Shown here: positions 46,013-56,129 of the stretch, piece by piece
How positions within the stretch are numbered: position 1 is the first letter of the stretch
Layout: every line of letters begins with the position of its first letter
IMG/VR virus record: IMGVR_UViG_3300050138_000232
Span: 1-60,365 of that record
Length of the DNA stretch: 60,365 nt
Source: a virus
Lineage: Duplodnaviria; Caudoviricetes
Reading direction: 5' to 3' (one strand)
The notes under the pieces: model-generated
What the model was told of the DNA's origin: nothing
The model's database searches: none
What the model saw: only the letters and a program-made list of their open reading frames with translations
Position numbers and translations under genes: made by a program

Positions 46013-46070
46013 TTGACAACGCTGTTAAATCAATATAACATTCTTATCATGAACTTTACAACGATGTCAA
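46013..46070. promoter_or_regulatory. Face-to-face promoters, each -35 inside a Box B palindrome (46013..46028, 46055..46070)
   Basis: + TTGACA-17-TAACAT; - TTGACA-18-TAAGAA; sites TTGACAACGCTGTTAA and TTTACAACGATGTCAA. Confidence 0.7.
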
Positions 46071-46071
46071 C

Positions 46072-46263
46072 ATGGATTTAGAAAAAAATAAAAACGTTAC
46101 TCAATCGTCTGAATATCTGGGAGTTTCACGAGTAACTTTTTACAAGCTAATAAAAAGATACGATTTAAAACCCGTCGAGCGTATAGCGACTATGAATTTT
46201 TTCCATGTTAAAGACCTGGATCGCGTCAAGACTGCTATTGCTGAGACTTACGCCGCTTCATAA
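46072..46263 (+). CDS. MerR/excisionase-like HTH DNA-binding protein
   Basis: EYLGVSR.T.YK.I......P...F...DLD. Confidence 0.75.
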   Translation: MDLEKNKNVTQSSEYLGVSRVTFYKLIKRYDLKPVERIATMNFFHVKDLDRVKTAIAETYAAS

Positions 46264-47605
46264 AGTCTAGAAGTATATCCTGGACGTCGCGTTTAGTCGA
46301 ATGCCGTTCGATCACCATCTCGTCGGCTGTATTATCCGCAATTATATAATGTAAGAAAACCGGTCTATTGTGACCGGACTGCATCTGGCGGACCGGTCCT
46401 ATACGCCCAATGATTTGGTCGTGGAGCTCAAGATCCCAGTTATGTCCGAAGAATACCAGAATATTCGTCACATTTTGCAGACCGTCGATGCCGTGGCCGA
46501 GGGAGGCTGGATGTGCGATGCCGAGCTTCTTTTTACCGGTTTTGAATAATTTTAAATTCTTGTCGATCGATAAATCTATCGAGCCTTTGAAATGCTTAAG
46601 GAGGCGTTCCTTGTCGCTTACGAAATTATAAGCGACGATCAGAGGCATATCGCCGGTTTCTTCGACAATATCTTCAAGCGCTTCGATTTTAGCGTTGTGC
46701 ACTTCTTTATAATTACGCTTATCGTCCACATAGATGGCGCCGTTGGCGAGCTGGAGGCACTTATTCGTCTTACTGGCGGCATTGAACGCTTCAACCTGGT
46801 TGTTCTCGATCTCCAGGAACATATCCTTTTCCATCTGCTTATATAGTTTGAGCGCCGCTGGCGGGAGGTGGACGATTACGTTATTTACAATAGGTTTCTT
46901 GAGGTCGAAGTAATCGGCAGGATCTACGGACAGGCATATATCCTTTATCCGGCTCATAATTTCTTCCTGGGCGCCGGGGAGGGGCTCTATGCCGTAGCCG
47001 TCGAATTTGAGACGAAACCACCGCTGCTGGAAGGCGTTAAAGGACTTGCCAAGGCGTTTGCCGTGATCCAGAAAGTAAATCTGCGCCCAGAGATCCTGCA
47101 GTCCCTTCGGCGTCGGTGTTCCACTCAATTCGATGAACCGGTCGGCTTCGAACGCCTTATCGGCCAGAGCGTGAGAACGTTGCGTGCCTTGCGTCAAGCG
47201 AAATCCGCGAAGTTTTGTTGATTCATCAGCTATAATTGTTCTAAAATTCCACGATTTTCCCATGTAATCGACTAACCACGGAATATTTTCGTAGTTTATG
47301 CAATAATACTCGCAATGCTTGTTAATAGCTTTCTTACGCGTTGCAGGATCTCCGATTGCAGCAGCGACGCGCAGATGCTTGAAGTCTTCCCATTTATTCG
47401 CTTCGTCTATCCATGTATCGCGGGCAACTCGAAGGGTTGAGCAGACGAGCGCAGGATAGACATCTTCAACTACTGACGTATCGTCAAGCGTCTTCATTAC
47501 AGCAGAAGTTTTGCCAAGCCCAACCCCTGCGTAGACAGCGCACCGCTTGTTGATCGTCATGTGATCGATCATCGGCGGTTGGCAGGGTCGAAGCGTGAGG
47601 TTCAC
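46235..47605 (-). CDS. SNF2-like (SF2) helicase
   Basis: GLGKT, IADES, LSGTP, GHGIDGLQ, Q..GRI...RQ. Confidence 0.92.
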   Translation of the reverse strand: MNLTLRPCQPPMIDHMTINKRCAVYAGVGLGKTSAVMKTLDDTSVVEDVYPALVCSTLRVARDTWIDEANKWEDFKHLRVAAAIGDPATRKKAINKHCEYYCINYENIPWLVDYMGKSWNFRTIIADESTKLRGFRLTQGTQRSHALADKAFEADRFIELSGTPTPKGLQDLWAQIYFLDHGKRLGKSFNAFQQRWFRLKFDGYGIEPLPGAQEEIMSRIKDICLSVDPADYFDLKKPIVNNVIVHLPPAALKLYKQMEKDMFLEIENNQVEAFNAASKTNKCLQLANGAIYVDDKRNYKEVHNAKIEALEDIVEETGDMPLIVAYNFVSDKERLLKHFKGSIDLSIDKNLKLFKTGKKKLGIAHPASLGHGIDGLQNVTNILVFFGHNWDLELHDQIIGRIGPVRQMQSGHNRPVFLHYIIADNTADEMVIERHSTKRDVQDILLDFMKRRKSQQ

Positions 47606-47871
47606 TTCTTCTCCAGTTCCCTGACGATAAGTTGAGCGTAACCGGCGATGTCGAAAAATGAGTCGGCATGTAGGAAGTCGCCGTGGCAGATACGACTCAT
47701 TTTAGTACATATTAATTCTAGCGACTCTTTCATTGGCGGAGGCATACGATCCCAATTTATCGTAGCGTGTAATATAGATTTTAGACATTGCGCCGTAACT
47801 GCTTGGGAACTATACGAGCCGTGCGTCTTCTCACGCTCGTTCAGAATCTCTTCGGTACTCGGTAATGACAT
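47602..47871 (-). CDS. DUF6378-like small helical protein
   Basis: L.ER..THG.Y...ESL..I..K.SRI..GD....DS..DIAGYA.L. Confidence 0.75.
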   Translation of the reverse strand: MSLPSTEEILNEREKTHGSYSSQAVTAQCLKSILHATINWDRMPPPMKESLELICTKMSRICHGDFLHADSFFDIAGYAQLIVRELEKK

Positions 47872-48121
47872 CTTCAATTCCTTCAATACTGTTTACAACA
47901 AAAACCTTAAATCCAGCCCAGATAAGTAATTTATGCAGTCTAGTCTGATGCTCTTCTGCGTATTTCTTCGGCCTTTTCAGTTCGACCAGACAATGCCACT
48001 TCTTTAATAAAACCAGTCTGTCCGGAGCTCCAACTCTTGCTATAAAGCGAAGTTTGAAGCAATGACCACCTTCTTGTTTTATTCGGGCTTTAAACTTATC
48101 CTCGACAAAGGACTCACGCAC
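47831..48121 (-). CDS. VRR-NUC nuclease
   Basis: E..VE, G.PDR, VELKRP, Q...H. Confidence 0.88.
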   Translation of the reverse strand: MRESFVEDKFKARIKQEGGHCFKLRFIARVGAPDRLVLLKKWHCLVELKRPKKYAEEHQTRLHKLLIWAGFKVFVVNSIEGIEDVITEYRRDSERA

Positions 48122-49898
48122 CTATCTCCTCCAGTATTTTATAAGCCTCTGCAACATACCAACCGTAATCGATATCGTCCGGAAGCGTGTCCGGTAATGT
48201 CATGAGCGGCATGGCGCCTTCCGAGCGCGGAACAGTATTTCCATTCACTTTGTAGTTTATAGTTCCAAAGCCCAATAGTGAATAATAGAAACGCACGACA
48301 CGCCCTAAATATTCACCGTCCTTGACTGCGCCACCGGTTACACTTCTGGTTGTGACGAATTTCTTTATATCCTTACAATCCGATATCGTCTTAGCGATAT
48401 CGATACCTTCAATCAGGAACTTAAGTATCGCGTCGACGCATATCTGATTGTGCGGGCTCGGCCAGGAGTTAGCAACGGGAACTGGTGGCGCCAGTGAACC
48501 TTTAAGTTTATATCCCTTTTCTTTTATCGCAATATAATTATTGACGTTGGCCATGTAAATCGCCGTGTAATGCGTCTCTTCCGTGTCAAAGCCAGTTATC
48601 ATCTCCCAGGATGCGACGATATTGTTTACCTTTTCGTTGTCTTTTTCATGAAAATATATTACAATTCCGTCCGTGTTCGCGCTGACTACCGATATCCCGT
48701 CGAGTTCCAGCATTTCAATAAGCATGAGCAAAGCGAGTTGACCGGTTAGGGTCGTCTGCAGAAGCAGTTTCGGGGAGTAGAGAATACTATACTTGCTGCC
48801 GAATTTTCCGAACGATCCGTTCACGCAAATTTTAAGACAATCAGCTGTCACCTTGTCACCGGAGTTTTTAGCAGCGATACGCCGGTCGACGAGCCCCTTA
48901 TAGACTTTCAAGAACTGCTTACCGAGGCTCTCAGGATATAACCGGTTCTGCAAAATGATAGCCGGATAGTAGCTCGCAACGTCTCGATCTGATAGAACCC
49001 ATCCATCCTGCGCTTTGTAACTCACGGACGATTCCGTACTATGCAGACCGCCGATCCCCATCTTGTAAGTCGAGTTGCTGAGTTTGATATTCAGTTCGGA
49101 AATGTCTTTGGGGATAATCACTTTGCCGCTGTCTATAACGACAAACTCTGCGGTTCTTATTATATTCAGTACAGACTTGAGGATGTCGGACTCAAATGAG
49201 ATAAACCTCGGCACGTCGTAGCGAAACGAATCAGGAACACCGGACGGCTTCTCAACTTTATTGCCGGTGAGTTTTTCTATCTCATGCTTTATAACCGCTT
49301 CGGCCATCTGAGCATCAGACTTGGAACGCAAATCTACACCGTAAAGTTTTCCAAGCTGGTCACGCAACTCGATCTGAGGCTTGACCTGGTTGTAAAGATC
49401 AAAGGTTGTCTGTAAGTCGTTGGCGCAATATTCGCGCATAAGAGGACGTTGCTCAGGGAGTATGGAGTCCTCCGGTCGTATCGGAAGATCCTGAATCTTA
49501 TGGCTGTGCATCTTACCGCCGTAAGCCTTGAGCGATCCCTTGCCGACTGCAACTTCAAATAAATCGATATGATCGAGCTTCTGGGAAATCTTAAAACCGA
49601 ACTTCGACTCGCAATGCCAGGGCTTCATGTTTTTGACGATAATATAATCGCAACACTCTTTGAGCTGTTGCGTCGTAGCACCTTTCAAGGCGTATGTGAG
49701 GATAGGGATGTCAAAATTCAATCCATTAAAGGAAATAATTGTATGCTTCGAGATGATTGATCGGACTTTATCTATATCGAGAGGATGATCGTCGTATAAC
49801 TCGAAGCTGGTAACATTGCCGGTTGCTATATTCAAAAACTGAACGAGGAAATAATCCCTGTAGATTTCAGTATCAAATATAGCAACCGGCTTTGTCAT
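48114..49898 (-). CDS. Family B DNA polymerase with 3-5 exonuclease
   Basis: Exo FDTE, FNG..FD, YC.ND; pol DVASYYP, K...NG.FG, NTDG, NNY. Confidence 0.9.
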   Translation of the reverse strand: MTKPVAIFDTEIYRDYFLVQFLNIATGNVTSFELYDDHPLDIDKVRSIISKHTIISFNGLNFDIPILTYALKGATTQQLKECCDYIIVKNMKPWHCESKFGFKISQKLDHIDLFEVAVGKGSLKAYGGKMHSHKIQDLPIRPEDSILPEQRPLMREYCANDLQTTFDLYNQVKPQIELRDQLGKLYGVDLRSKSDAQMAEAVIKHEIEKLTGNKVEKPSGVPDSFRYDVPRFISFESDILKSVLNIIRTAEFVVIDSGKVIIPKDISELNIKLSNSTYKMGIGGLHSTESSVSYKAQDGWVLSDRDVASYYPAIILQNRLYPESLGKQFLKVYKGLVDRRIAAKNSGDKVTADCLKICVNGSFGKFGSKYSILYSPKLLLQTTLTGQLALLMLIEMLELDGISVVSANTDGIVIYFHEKDNEKVNNIVASWEMITGFDTEETHYTAIYMANVNNYIAIKEKGYKLKGSLAPPVPVANSWPSPHNQICVDAILKFLIEGIDIAKTISDCKDIKKFVTTRSVTGGAVKDGEYLGRVVRFYYSLLGFGTINYKVNGNTVPRSEGAMPLMTLPDTLPDDIDYGWYVAEAYKILEEIGA

Positions 49899-50467
49899 TG
49901 ATCTATTAATAGTTTGTTCTTTTTAGAAATGTTTTCATAAATAGTTAGTATCTGCAAATTCCACGGTACATGCAGACCGCACACAGTTTTGCCTTGAAGA
50001 GGAATGATGTGATCCACCTGATGAATCTCGCCCGTCACGCATATTATATCCTCGCATAAACTATATACTTTTAATATTTCTTCGTAATCTACCCACAAAG
50101 GAGTTGCGTTTAACAGAGCTGCCCTTCGCTTGGCTTTTTGAGCTTTTGCTTTATCTTTGTTGTTCTTAACCCACTCACGGTTATATTCCAATAAGACTTT
50201 AGCATTACGTTTTCGCCATTCGCTGCGTTTCTCTTTATTATCGGTCATCCACTCGGAAACATACTTGTTCCTTTCCGACTTATTTTCACGATAATGTTTG
50301 CGATGCCACGCTTTAACTTTTTCCGAATTAAGTATTCTGTACTTCTTAGAAGCTATGTTAGCACAAGAGTTGCACCTTGAGTCTTTCCCGCTCTTATTTT
50401 TCTTCTGAGCTGGGAAATCATCAATACGTTTGTCAACACCGCATTTAGTGCAAATCTTGTGCTGCAT
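49895..50467 (-). CDS. HNH endonuclease
   Basis: C..C...C..C N-terminus; VDHIIPLQG..VCGLHVPWNLQIL...EN..K.N. Confidence 0.92.
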   Translation of the reverse strand: MQHKICTKCGVDKRIDDFPAQKKNKSGKDSRCNSCANIASKKYRILNSEKVKAWHRKHYRENKSERNKYVSEWMTDNKEKRSEWRKRNAKVLLEYNREWVKNNKDKAKAQKAKRRAALLNATPLWVDYEEILKVYSLCEDIICVTGEIHQVDHIIPLQGKTVCGLHVPWNLQILTIYENISKKNKLLIDQ

Positions 50468-50473
50468 AGATCG

Positions 50474-51013
50474 TCAGGCTAAATCTCCATCATCTTCTTC
50501 AACTTCAAAGTCATCAACAGATGCTGGTGCTGCACCAGAGAACGCTTCACCGTCTTTATAGAACTGAACTCCGACAAGAGTCGCATTAACACGCTTTCCG
50601 TAAGCGTTATCTTGCGGCCATATATCTACGTTTGCGTTGACGTAGCAACCGCCATACGGACGACCATCAGCAACGGTAAGTACAGATTTGTCAGCGTCGA
50701 TGACCAGAGGGCGCTTCTCGTTACGCGAGCTGATAGAGAAGTTGCCCGCATAGCCGTCATACTCGCTCTTAAGATCCCCGTCATGTAGGCAGGTACGATC
50801 CTTGGCACGGAGTTCCTTAAGCACTGCCGGTGCTTTGTCCTTCCACTTCTCTTTGGCAACAGCGTCAATGCCCGCTTCGACTTCTTTATATGCCGGATGA
50901 GTCTTTGCGAACAGGAAAGCAGCAGAGAACGCAGGCTTGCCTTCTCCGTTTACCGTTGTCGCTTCCCAGAGTTGCGGGAAGGCGAGTCTCACATTTTTAA
51001 GTTTAACTAACAT
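50474..51013 (-). CDS. ssDNA-binding protein (DUF2815, gp2.5-like)
   Basis: VRL.FP, L.DGD, Y.GCYV, L.GVQF.KDGE.F, acidic tail. Confidence 0.9.
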   Translation of the reverse strand: MLVKLKNVRLAFPQLWEATTVNGEGKPAFSAAFLFAKTHPAYKEVEAGIDAVAKEKWKDKAPAVLKELRAKDRTCLHDGDLKSEYDGYAGNFSISSRNEKRPLVIDADKSVLTVADGRPYGGCYVNANVDIWPQDNAYGKRVNATLVGVQFYKDGEAFSGAAPASVDDFEVEEDDGDLA

Positions 51014-52176
51014 AAATTGTCGTCTCCTTCGTTGTTGATAATTTCAAATCCTTCTTCGGCAGGCGCTATAGTAAGTGGAGGTCGCTTGTCAGCTGCCGGA
51101 GCCACGCTCGGTTTACCGTCATTGCGCACGATAAGTCCTTCGACCTTACTCCAGCGTCTAGGCTGCTCGCCAAGCAACTTCTCTGCGACAGTCGGGCTTA
51201 TGAGGCTAAAGTCGTACATCTCCTGTTGCTTCAACCTAAAGGACTTGAGGAGCTGTTCGGCTTGCGCCTTATCCGACCATGCGCGATGGCCTTTACGTCC
51301 TTCAACCAGCTTGAAGCCTTCTACCGGCTTTCCCGCCAGCAACCGTGACTCAACGCGGGCACGGACGGACTTTATCCACAGTTCAATAAGGTCCGCTGCG
51401 AGCATAGCCTTAGAAAGTTCCTGATCGTCGTCAGGAATGCGAATCTCCGTCAGGTCGTCAAATCCACCGCCGATGTTGTCAGCGACGAATTGTTTCAACG
51501 CAGGACAAGTCGCCTTCGCCGGACACCAGCGGCATTGCTTTTCGCCGGGGTTAAGGAAAAACTCGTCTTCAGGACCGCCTTCGCATAACATTGCATTAGC
51601 CGCTGCGCTTTTTGCCAGCTCTGCAAACTCCAATAGCGTCTCGATACCGCAATCCCATTCGCTTATGTGATCAAGGCGCGGCTGATGTATCACCATCCTT
51701 ACTCGTTTAGGTGAGTAGCCGAGTACAGACACTTCGCTTATAGCCCCAAGCGCGTAGAGCATGAGTTGCGGGTTTTCCTCCGCTTCGACGCGCACTCCCA
51801 TGCCGTATTTAAGATCAATGACAGTTACTTCCTCGCCGTCTTCAGATATGATCAAAGCGTCGCTTGTTCCGAAGCTATCAGGAACGCCTATATACTCAGA
51901 GTAATCGACACGCTTTTCCACCATGAGAGTCCCGTTGCCCGTATATTCTCGAACAAGCTTGACGTACTTTTCAGCATGTTCAAGCATGTCTTCATCGGAA
52001 TATTCAATAAGAGCTGCTGATGATGTTAGAAGCGTTGCCGCCAGATCGTGCGCCCTCGTTCCTTCATCAGCATATTTAGACGATGTTCGGGGAATATCTT
52101 TGCAGAGCGCCACCGAGCCTGGACAGTTGATCCAACGCTCGGCGCTTGATGCAGATAAGAGGGCATGTTCAGTCAT
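51007..52176 (-). CDS. DUF2800 PD-(D/E)xK (Cas4-like) exonuclease
   Basis: HA.LS.S...RW..CP.S, GT.D, DLKYG.G, NPQL.LYALG, QPR, C.WC....C. Confidence 0.9.
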   Translation of the reverse strand: MTEHALLSASSAERWINCPGSVALCKDIPRTSSKYADEGTRAHDLAATLLTSSAALIEYSDEDMLEHAEKYVKLVREYTGNGTLMVEKRVDYSEYIGVPDSFGTSDALIISEDGEEVTVIDLKYGMGVRVEAEENPQLMLYALGAISEVSVLGYSPKRVRMVIHQPRLDHISEWDCGIETLLEFAELAKSAAANAMLCEGGPEDEFFLNPGEKQCRWCPAKATCPALKQFVADNIGGGFDDLTEIRIPDDDQELSKAMLAADLIELWIKSVRARVESRLLAGKPVEGFKLVEGRKGHRAWSDKAQAEQLLKSFRLKQQEMYDFSLISPTVAEKLLGEQPRRWSKVEGLIVRNDGKPSVAPAADKRPPLTIAPAEEGFEIINNEGDDNLC

Positions 52177-52179
52177 CGC

Positions 52180-52602
52180 TTACGCCACCTTCTTGAGTTC
52201 TTCCGTATACTCCTCATACTGCTCAGGCTTCAGGTCCATTGCCGACTTGGCGTTGAACTTCGCCAGTATAGCTGCCACAACCGGCTTGCCCTTAGCCTTC
52301 ACAACATCCATCGTCGCCTTCTTCACCGCTTCGTAAGGATTAGCGGTCTCGGTAGAAGTTGCAGGCGTTCCAGCGTCTGTCATGTGACCGATATTATCCA
52401 TACCGGCGGGGCGGGCGGCGTCGGGAGCGGGGGTATTCGATTCGGGCGTTGCCTCTTTCGCTTTGCGAGTCTTTTTTTCCTTGTTGAGTTCCGCGTCGAA
52501 CTGCTCCTGCGGAGTTGCCGCCTTGTCAGTTGATGTTATGGAGAGCTTGTTGAGTTCTGCTGCAAGTTCGGCAAAGCTACCGGCTTCGATGGTGATCTTC
52601 AT
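52180..52602 (-). CDS. Hypothetical protein typical of the position upstream of DUF2800
   Basis: SD AAGGAG; C-terminal L.KF.A....DL..E.Y. Confidence 0.75.
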   Translation of the reverse strand: MKITIEAGSFAELAAELNKLSITSTDKAATPQEQFDAELNKEKKTRKAKEATPESNTPAPDAARPAGMDNIGHMTDAGTPATSTETANPYEAVKKATMDVVKAKGKPVVAAILAKFNAKSAMDLKPEQYEEYTEELKKVA

Positions 52603-52671
52603 GTTGTGAGTTCTCCTTTGTAGATTGTTGCTAGTTCAGTTTGTGTCGCTTGTATTTCCACGTCACTGAAA

Positions 52672-52701
52672 TTTATATACGACGATGTAAACGCGAGTCA
52701 A
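52672..52701 (-). promoter_or_regulatory. Replication-operon promoter (TTGACT-18-TATAAA) with Box B copy at 52676..52691
   Basis: TATACGACGATGTAAA, 13/16 match to the Box B palindrome. Confidence 0.6.
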
Positions 52702-52802
52702 CATATTTATGATGCCTTTGCATAAATAATCTAATTGCATATTGAATCTTTATATGGTGGTCTTGGAAGTCCGTGTAGAAATTATTTGCGAGGTGAGTAC
52801 GG

Positions 52803-53063
52803 ATGAAGCGTTTCAAAGTATGGATGGACCTCTCGACTACGCAAGATAAACTACGGTTGGCAAAGCTCTCCGGCACATCGCGGACTTACTTATATCAGAT
52901 AGCATCAGGATTGCGAGTTGCAACTTCAGATAAAGCTGCCGACATATCTGCCGGTAGCAGACAGTTATATATAGAAAGCGGAAAGCGCTTGTTCGTCCTG
53001 GAGCGGTCAGACCTGTCCCCGGCTTGCGCTGCTTGCCCTTATTCCCCTAAATGCAGGAAGTGA
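52803..53063 (+). CDS. Cro-like HTH protein with C-terminal CxxC
   Basis: LA...GTS..YL.QIA.G.R; C..CP. Confidence 0.75.
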   Translation: MKRFKVWMDLSTTQDKLRLAKLSGTSRTYLYQIASGLRVATSDKAADISAGSRQLYIESGKRLFVLERSDLSPACAACPYSPKCRK

Positions 53064-53065
53064 TT

Positions 53066-55279
53066 ATGACAGAAAGCGGACAATGGGGCGCCGGTAGTGA
53101 CTTGTGGGATTACTACGACGTGGTTCTCGGGTTGAAATCGGATATGCTGCCGGTGGTGTCAAAGGCGGGAGCGACGATAAGCGCCAGGTCCAGTGTAAAA
53201 GCTATCGGCAAGACGCCGTCTCTATATAATAGAAACCGTGAGGTTGTCGGCATTGCCGGTTGGACCGACAAGAAGAGCAGTGACAAGGATCTGGAGCGCT
53301 GGCGTCGGGAAGGCGATTACGGCATCTGCATACAGACGCGGTTAGTACGGGCGATCGACGTCGATGTTGAAGACTCGGTTGTCGCCGGAGCCGTCAGGCG
53401 GTTTATAGAGGAACGCTGGTCTGGATGCGCCGTGCGGTCGCGGGCTGGCAGCGGCAAGTTCCTTGTCGCCGTGTCAGTGCCGGGAGTTGTGTATAAGAAA
53501 GTCATGCCAGTGGCGGGCGGCATGATCGAGTTATTAGGCAACGGGCGTCAGTTTGTTTCGGAAGGAACACATACTGCCGGAGAGAGGTACGTCTGGGCTA
53601 ATAGAGACGCAATGCTTGAGGCGCGTGACCTGGAGACGTTGTGGAACGAGTTAGCAGAAGTCTTTGCGACCGGCGAGGTGCGAGTCGAGTTGCCGCGTCG
53701 GGAAGCTGCCGGTGTCGCGGGCGGAGAGAGCAGAGAAGGGGACGGTAAAGATGATCCGGTGCTGGATTATTTGACAGTATTATCCAGAGGTAGAGACGGC
53801 GAAGCGTTTATCGAATGCCCGTTCGTAGCGGAACATACCGGAGGTGTGGAAGGTAGTGCCGAGACATCGACGGCGTACTTCCCTGCCGGTACTGGTGGTT
53901 ACGAGATGGGGCATTTTAAATGTCTCCACGCGCATTGCGTTGGGAGAGGCGATTGGGAATTCATAGATAAGCTTGGAGTTGCCGCGAGCGGATTTGACGT
54001 TGTGACGGGCGAGGAGGCCTGGGAGGCTGGAAGCGTTGCCGTGTCGAATAGGGGTGGCGAGGCGCTGGACCGCGTTTTAGATTGCAATGACGACGGCAAG
54101 ATACTGGCAACCGTAGGTAATCTGGGACAAGTGTTGCAAAGACCTGATTTATGCGGTCGGGATATCAGATATGATACTTTCCGCGACGAAGTTGTTTATA
54201 GCGTTGTTAATTGTGTTGAAAGATGGGTACCGTTCAAAGACACCGATTACACCGATCTGCGGATATATCTCGCTACGACCGGATTCTTGCCGGTGGCTAA
54301 AGAGATGATACGCGACGTGGTTCATTATGTTGCCGTGTTGCGCCGGTTCGACACTGCCCAGACGTGGCTTAACGGGCTGCAATGGGACGGTGTTCGGCGT
54401 GTTGAAGGATTCTTAAGCAATTACATCAAAGCTGAAGACGGACCGTATGCAAGGGCGGTTAGTAATTACATGTGGGCCGCGATGGCTGGACGGGTGCTGG
54501 ATCCAGGTTGTAAAGCCGATGCTGCCGTCATCTTTGTTGGTGAGCAATATGTCGGTAAGACATACGCTGCCGCTTCGCTTGTGCCGGATATACGATATTT
54601 CTGCGAAATACGCCTGGATGAGAACGAGAACGACCTGGCGCGGCGTATGAGAGGTAAACTGGTTGCTGAATTCGCCGAGCTCAGAGGGCTACATACTAAA
54701 GAGCTTGAAGGGATCAAAGCGTTTATAAGCAGGCAATATGAAGAATGGGTTCCTAAGTATATGGAATTCTCAACTATTTATCCGCGCAGGCTGTTTTTCA
54801 TAGGCACTTCTAATAAAGATGAGATATTCAGCGACGAGACAGGCAACCGTCGATGGTTTCCCGTGCGCACGGATAAATCCGATATAGAAGCGATCATAAG
54901 GGACAGGGAGCATCTGTGGGCTGAAGCTGCCGTGTTGTTTATGGTTGAGGGCGTGAAGAGTTGTTATGAGAAAGCGAACAACCTTGCCGATGATGTTAGA
55001 GCTGAATTTATGATAAAAGACGATTGGGAAGATGTTATTGCGGACTGGATCCGAGAGGAAGACACTTTTGGAAAAAGCCCTTCAACTTGCGAATTCTTGC
55101 GAATTAGCGATATTATGCGAGAAGCTTTAAATATCGACACTCGCAACATGAAGACGTTCGACTCAATGCGAGTCGGAAAAATTCTTAGAAAATTAGGTTA
55201 CTCAAGAGTTCAAAAACGTGAAAACGGAATCAAAACTAAGGTTTGGACTAAGAATATAGACGGTAGAACTGTTTTGTAA
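53066..55279 (+). CDS. Primase-helicase (Prim-Pol-like N-terminus, zinc motif, VapE-type P-loop helicase)
   Basis: AIDVD, CPF...H, F.C.H.HC, PGCK.D, G.Q..GKT, GTSN...D.TGNRRW. Confidence 0.88.
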   Translation: MTESGQWGAGSDLWDYYDVVLGLKSDMLPVVSKAGATISARSSVKAIGKTPSLYNRNREVVGIAGWTDKKSSDKDLERWRREGDYGICIQTRLVRAIDVDVEDSVVAGAVRRFIEERWSGCAVRSRAGSGKFLVAVSVPGVVYKKVMPVAGGMIELLGNGRQFVSEGTHTAGERYVWANRDAMLEARDLETLWNELAEVFATGEVRVELPRREAAGVAGGESREGDGKDDPVLDYLTVLSRGRDGEAFIECPFVAEHTGGVEGSAETSTAYFPAGTGGYEMGHFKCLHAHCVGRGDWEFIDKLGVAASGFDVVTGEEAWEAGSVAVSNRGGEALDRVLDCNDDGKILATVGNLGQVLQRPDLCGRDIRYDTFRDEVVYSVVNCVERWVPFKDTDYTDLRIYLATTGFLPVAKEMIRDVVHYVAVLRRFDTAQTWLNGLQWDGVRRVEGFLSNYIKAEDGPYARAVSNYMWAAMAGRVLDPGCKADAAVIFVGEQYVGKTYAAASLVPDIRYFCEIRLDENENDLARRMRGKLVAEFAELRGLHTKELEGIKAFISRQYEEWVPKYMEFSTIYPRRLFFIGTSNKDEIFSDETGNRRWFPVRTDKSDIEAIIRDREHLWAEAAVLFMVEGVKSCYEKANNLADDVRAEFMIKDDWEDVIADWIREEDTFGKSPSTCEFLRISDIMREALNIDTRNMKTFDSMRVGKILRKLGYSRVQKRENGIKTKVWTKNIDGRTVL

Positions 55280-55483
55280 CCCCTTCGTACCCCCTATGGA
55301 ACCCCTTATGGAACCTCTTTAATGTTGTGTGTTATCAACACTGTACCCCCTGTACCCCCTTATTATATACTAAAGTACTATATAATAGAAGGGATATGGT
55401 TAATATGTGTTAATAAGATGCCCTGTAATATTCCCACAGGTAATTATAGAAAGATAGGGGGGGAAGGGGGGGCAGGTGGTTCC
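55276..55483. repeat. Putative replication origin: G(T/G)A(A/C)CCC(C)T-like direct repeats, AT-rich spacer, inverted G-runs
   Basis: Copies at 55276, 55287, 55298, 55310, 55343, 55352; G-rich opposite copies near 55457-55483; directly after primase stop. Confidence 0.6.
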
Positions 55484-55578
55484 AGTAAAAAATTGCAAGT
55501 TCACGCTCCGCGAGACGGTGGTATGAACGAGCGAAATTTTGCAAGTTAGAATTCCTGCCGAACTACAAATTATTTTTG

Positions 55579-55794
55579 TTAATTGCTGTCTGGTTTGTTG
55601 AAACGGCGTTGCAGTTCTCGCGTCAGCTCAAGTAGGATTTTAAAATCGTTTTCTTGCCTGTTTTTAGCCATGCTGAGAGCGTGAATAGATAAACGCCTTA
55701 CCAGGGTATCTAAATTTATTTTAGACACCTGTATGGCATTGCTGAGGGCTTCTTCAATGTGGATACTTTCTTTTATCTGGTGTCCGGTTTTCAT
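55579..55794 (-). CDS. Hypothetical early protein
   Basis: SD AAGGA. Confidence 0.65.
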   Translation of the reverse strand: MKTGHQIKESIHIEEALSNAIQVSKINLDTLVRRLSIHALSMAKNRQENDFKILLELTRELQRRFNKPDSN

Positions 55795-55837
55795 TTTGCG
55801 TTTTCCTTGTGTATTTACAATTAGTTGTTAGTGGCAA

Positions 55838-55984
55838 TTAAGCCACTTCGCATTTTATAGTCCAGCCTGCGGCAACGGCGCTTTGAACGGTTGCCCGTTT
55901 TGGGAATATCCGCCGTAGTTCTTTTATGCAGATATCGAAAGAGCCTGATTTCCATATCCTGCCGTTATATCTTAATGTGTACAT
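55838..55984 (-). CDS. Hypothetical early protein (MYTLRYNG...)
   Basis: SD AGGGAG before ATG 55984. Confidence 0.55.
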   Translation of the reverse strand: MYTLRYNGRIWKSGSFDICIKELRRIFPKRATVQSAVAAGWTIKCEVA

Positions 55985-56129
55985 GTAAAATTCTCCCTGT
56001 TGGTAAATTATTGCGAGTTGGTAAAATAGCGCCGGATCACATTGCAGGGGAGGTGTTGCCACCAAACAGAAAAGGCAATGCTCCGGCTGGCGGGATTATT
56101 AGGAGCCATGCCCGCCTCGGCTATGGTGA

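Noticed and set aside
51007-52176. Cas4 as part of a CRISPR system
   Set aside because: DUF2800 nuclease in a standard replication module; no array or other cas genes
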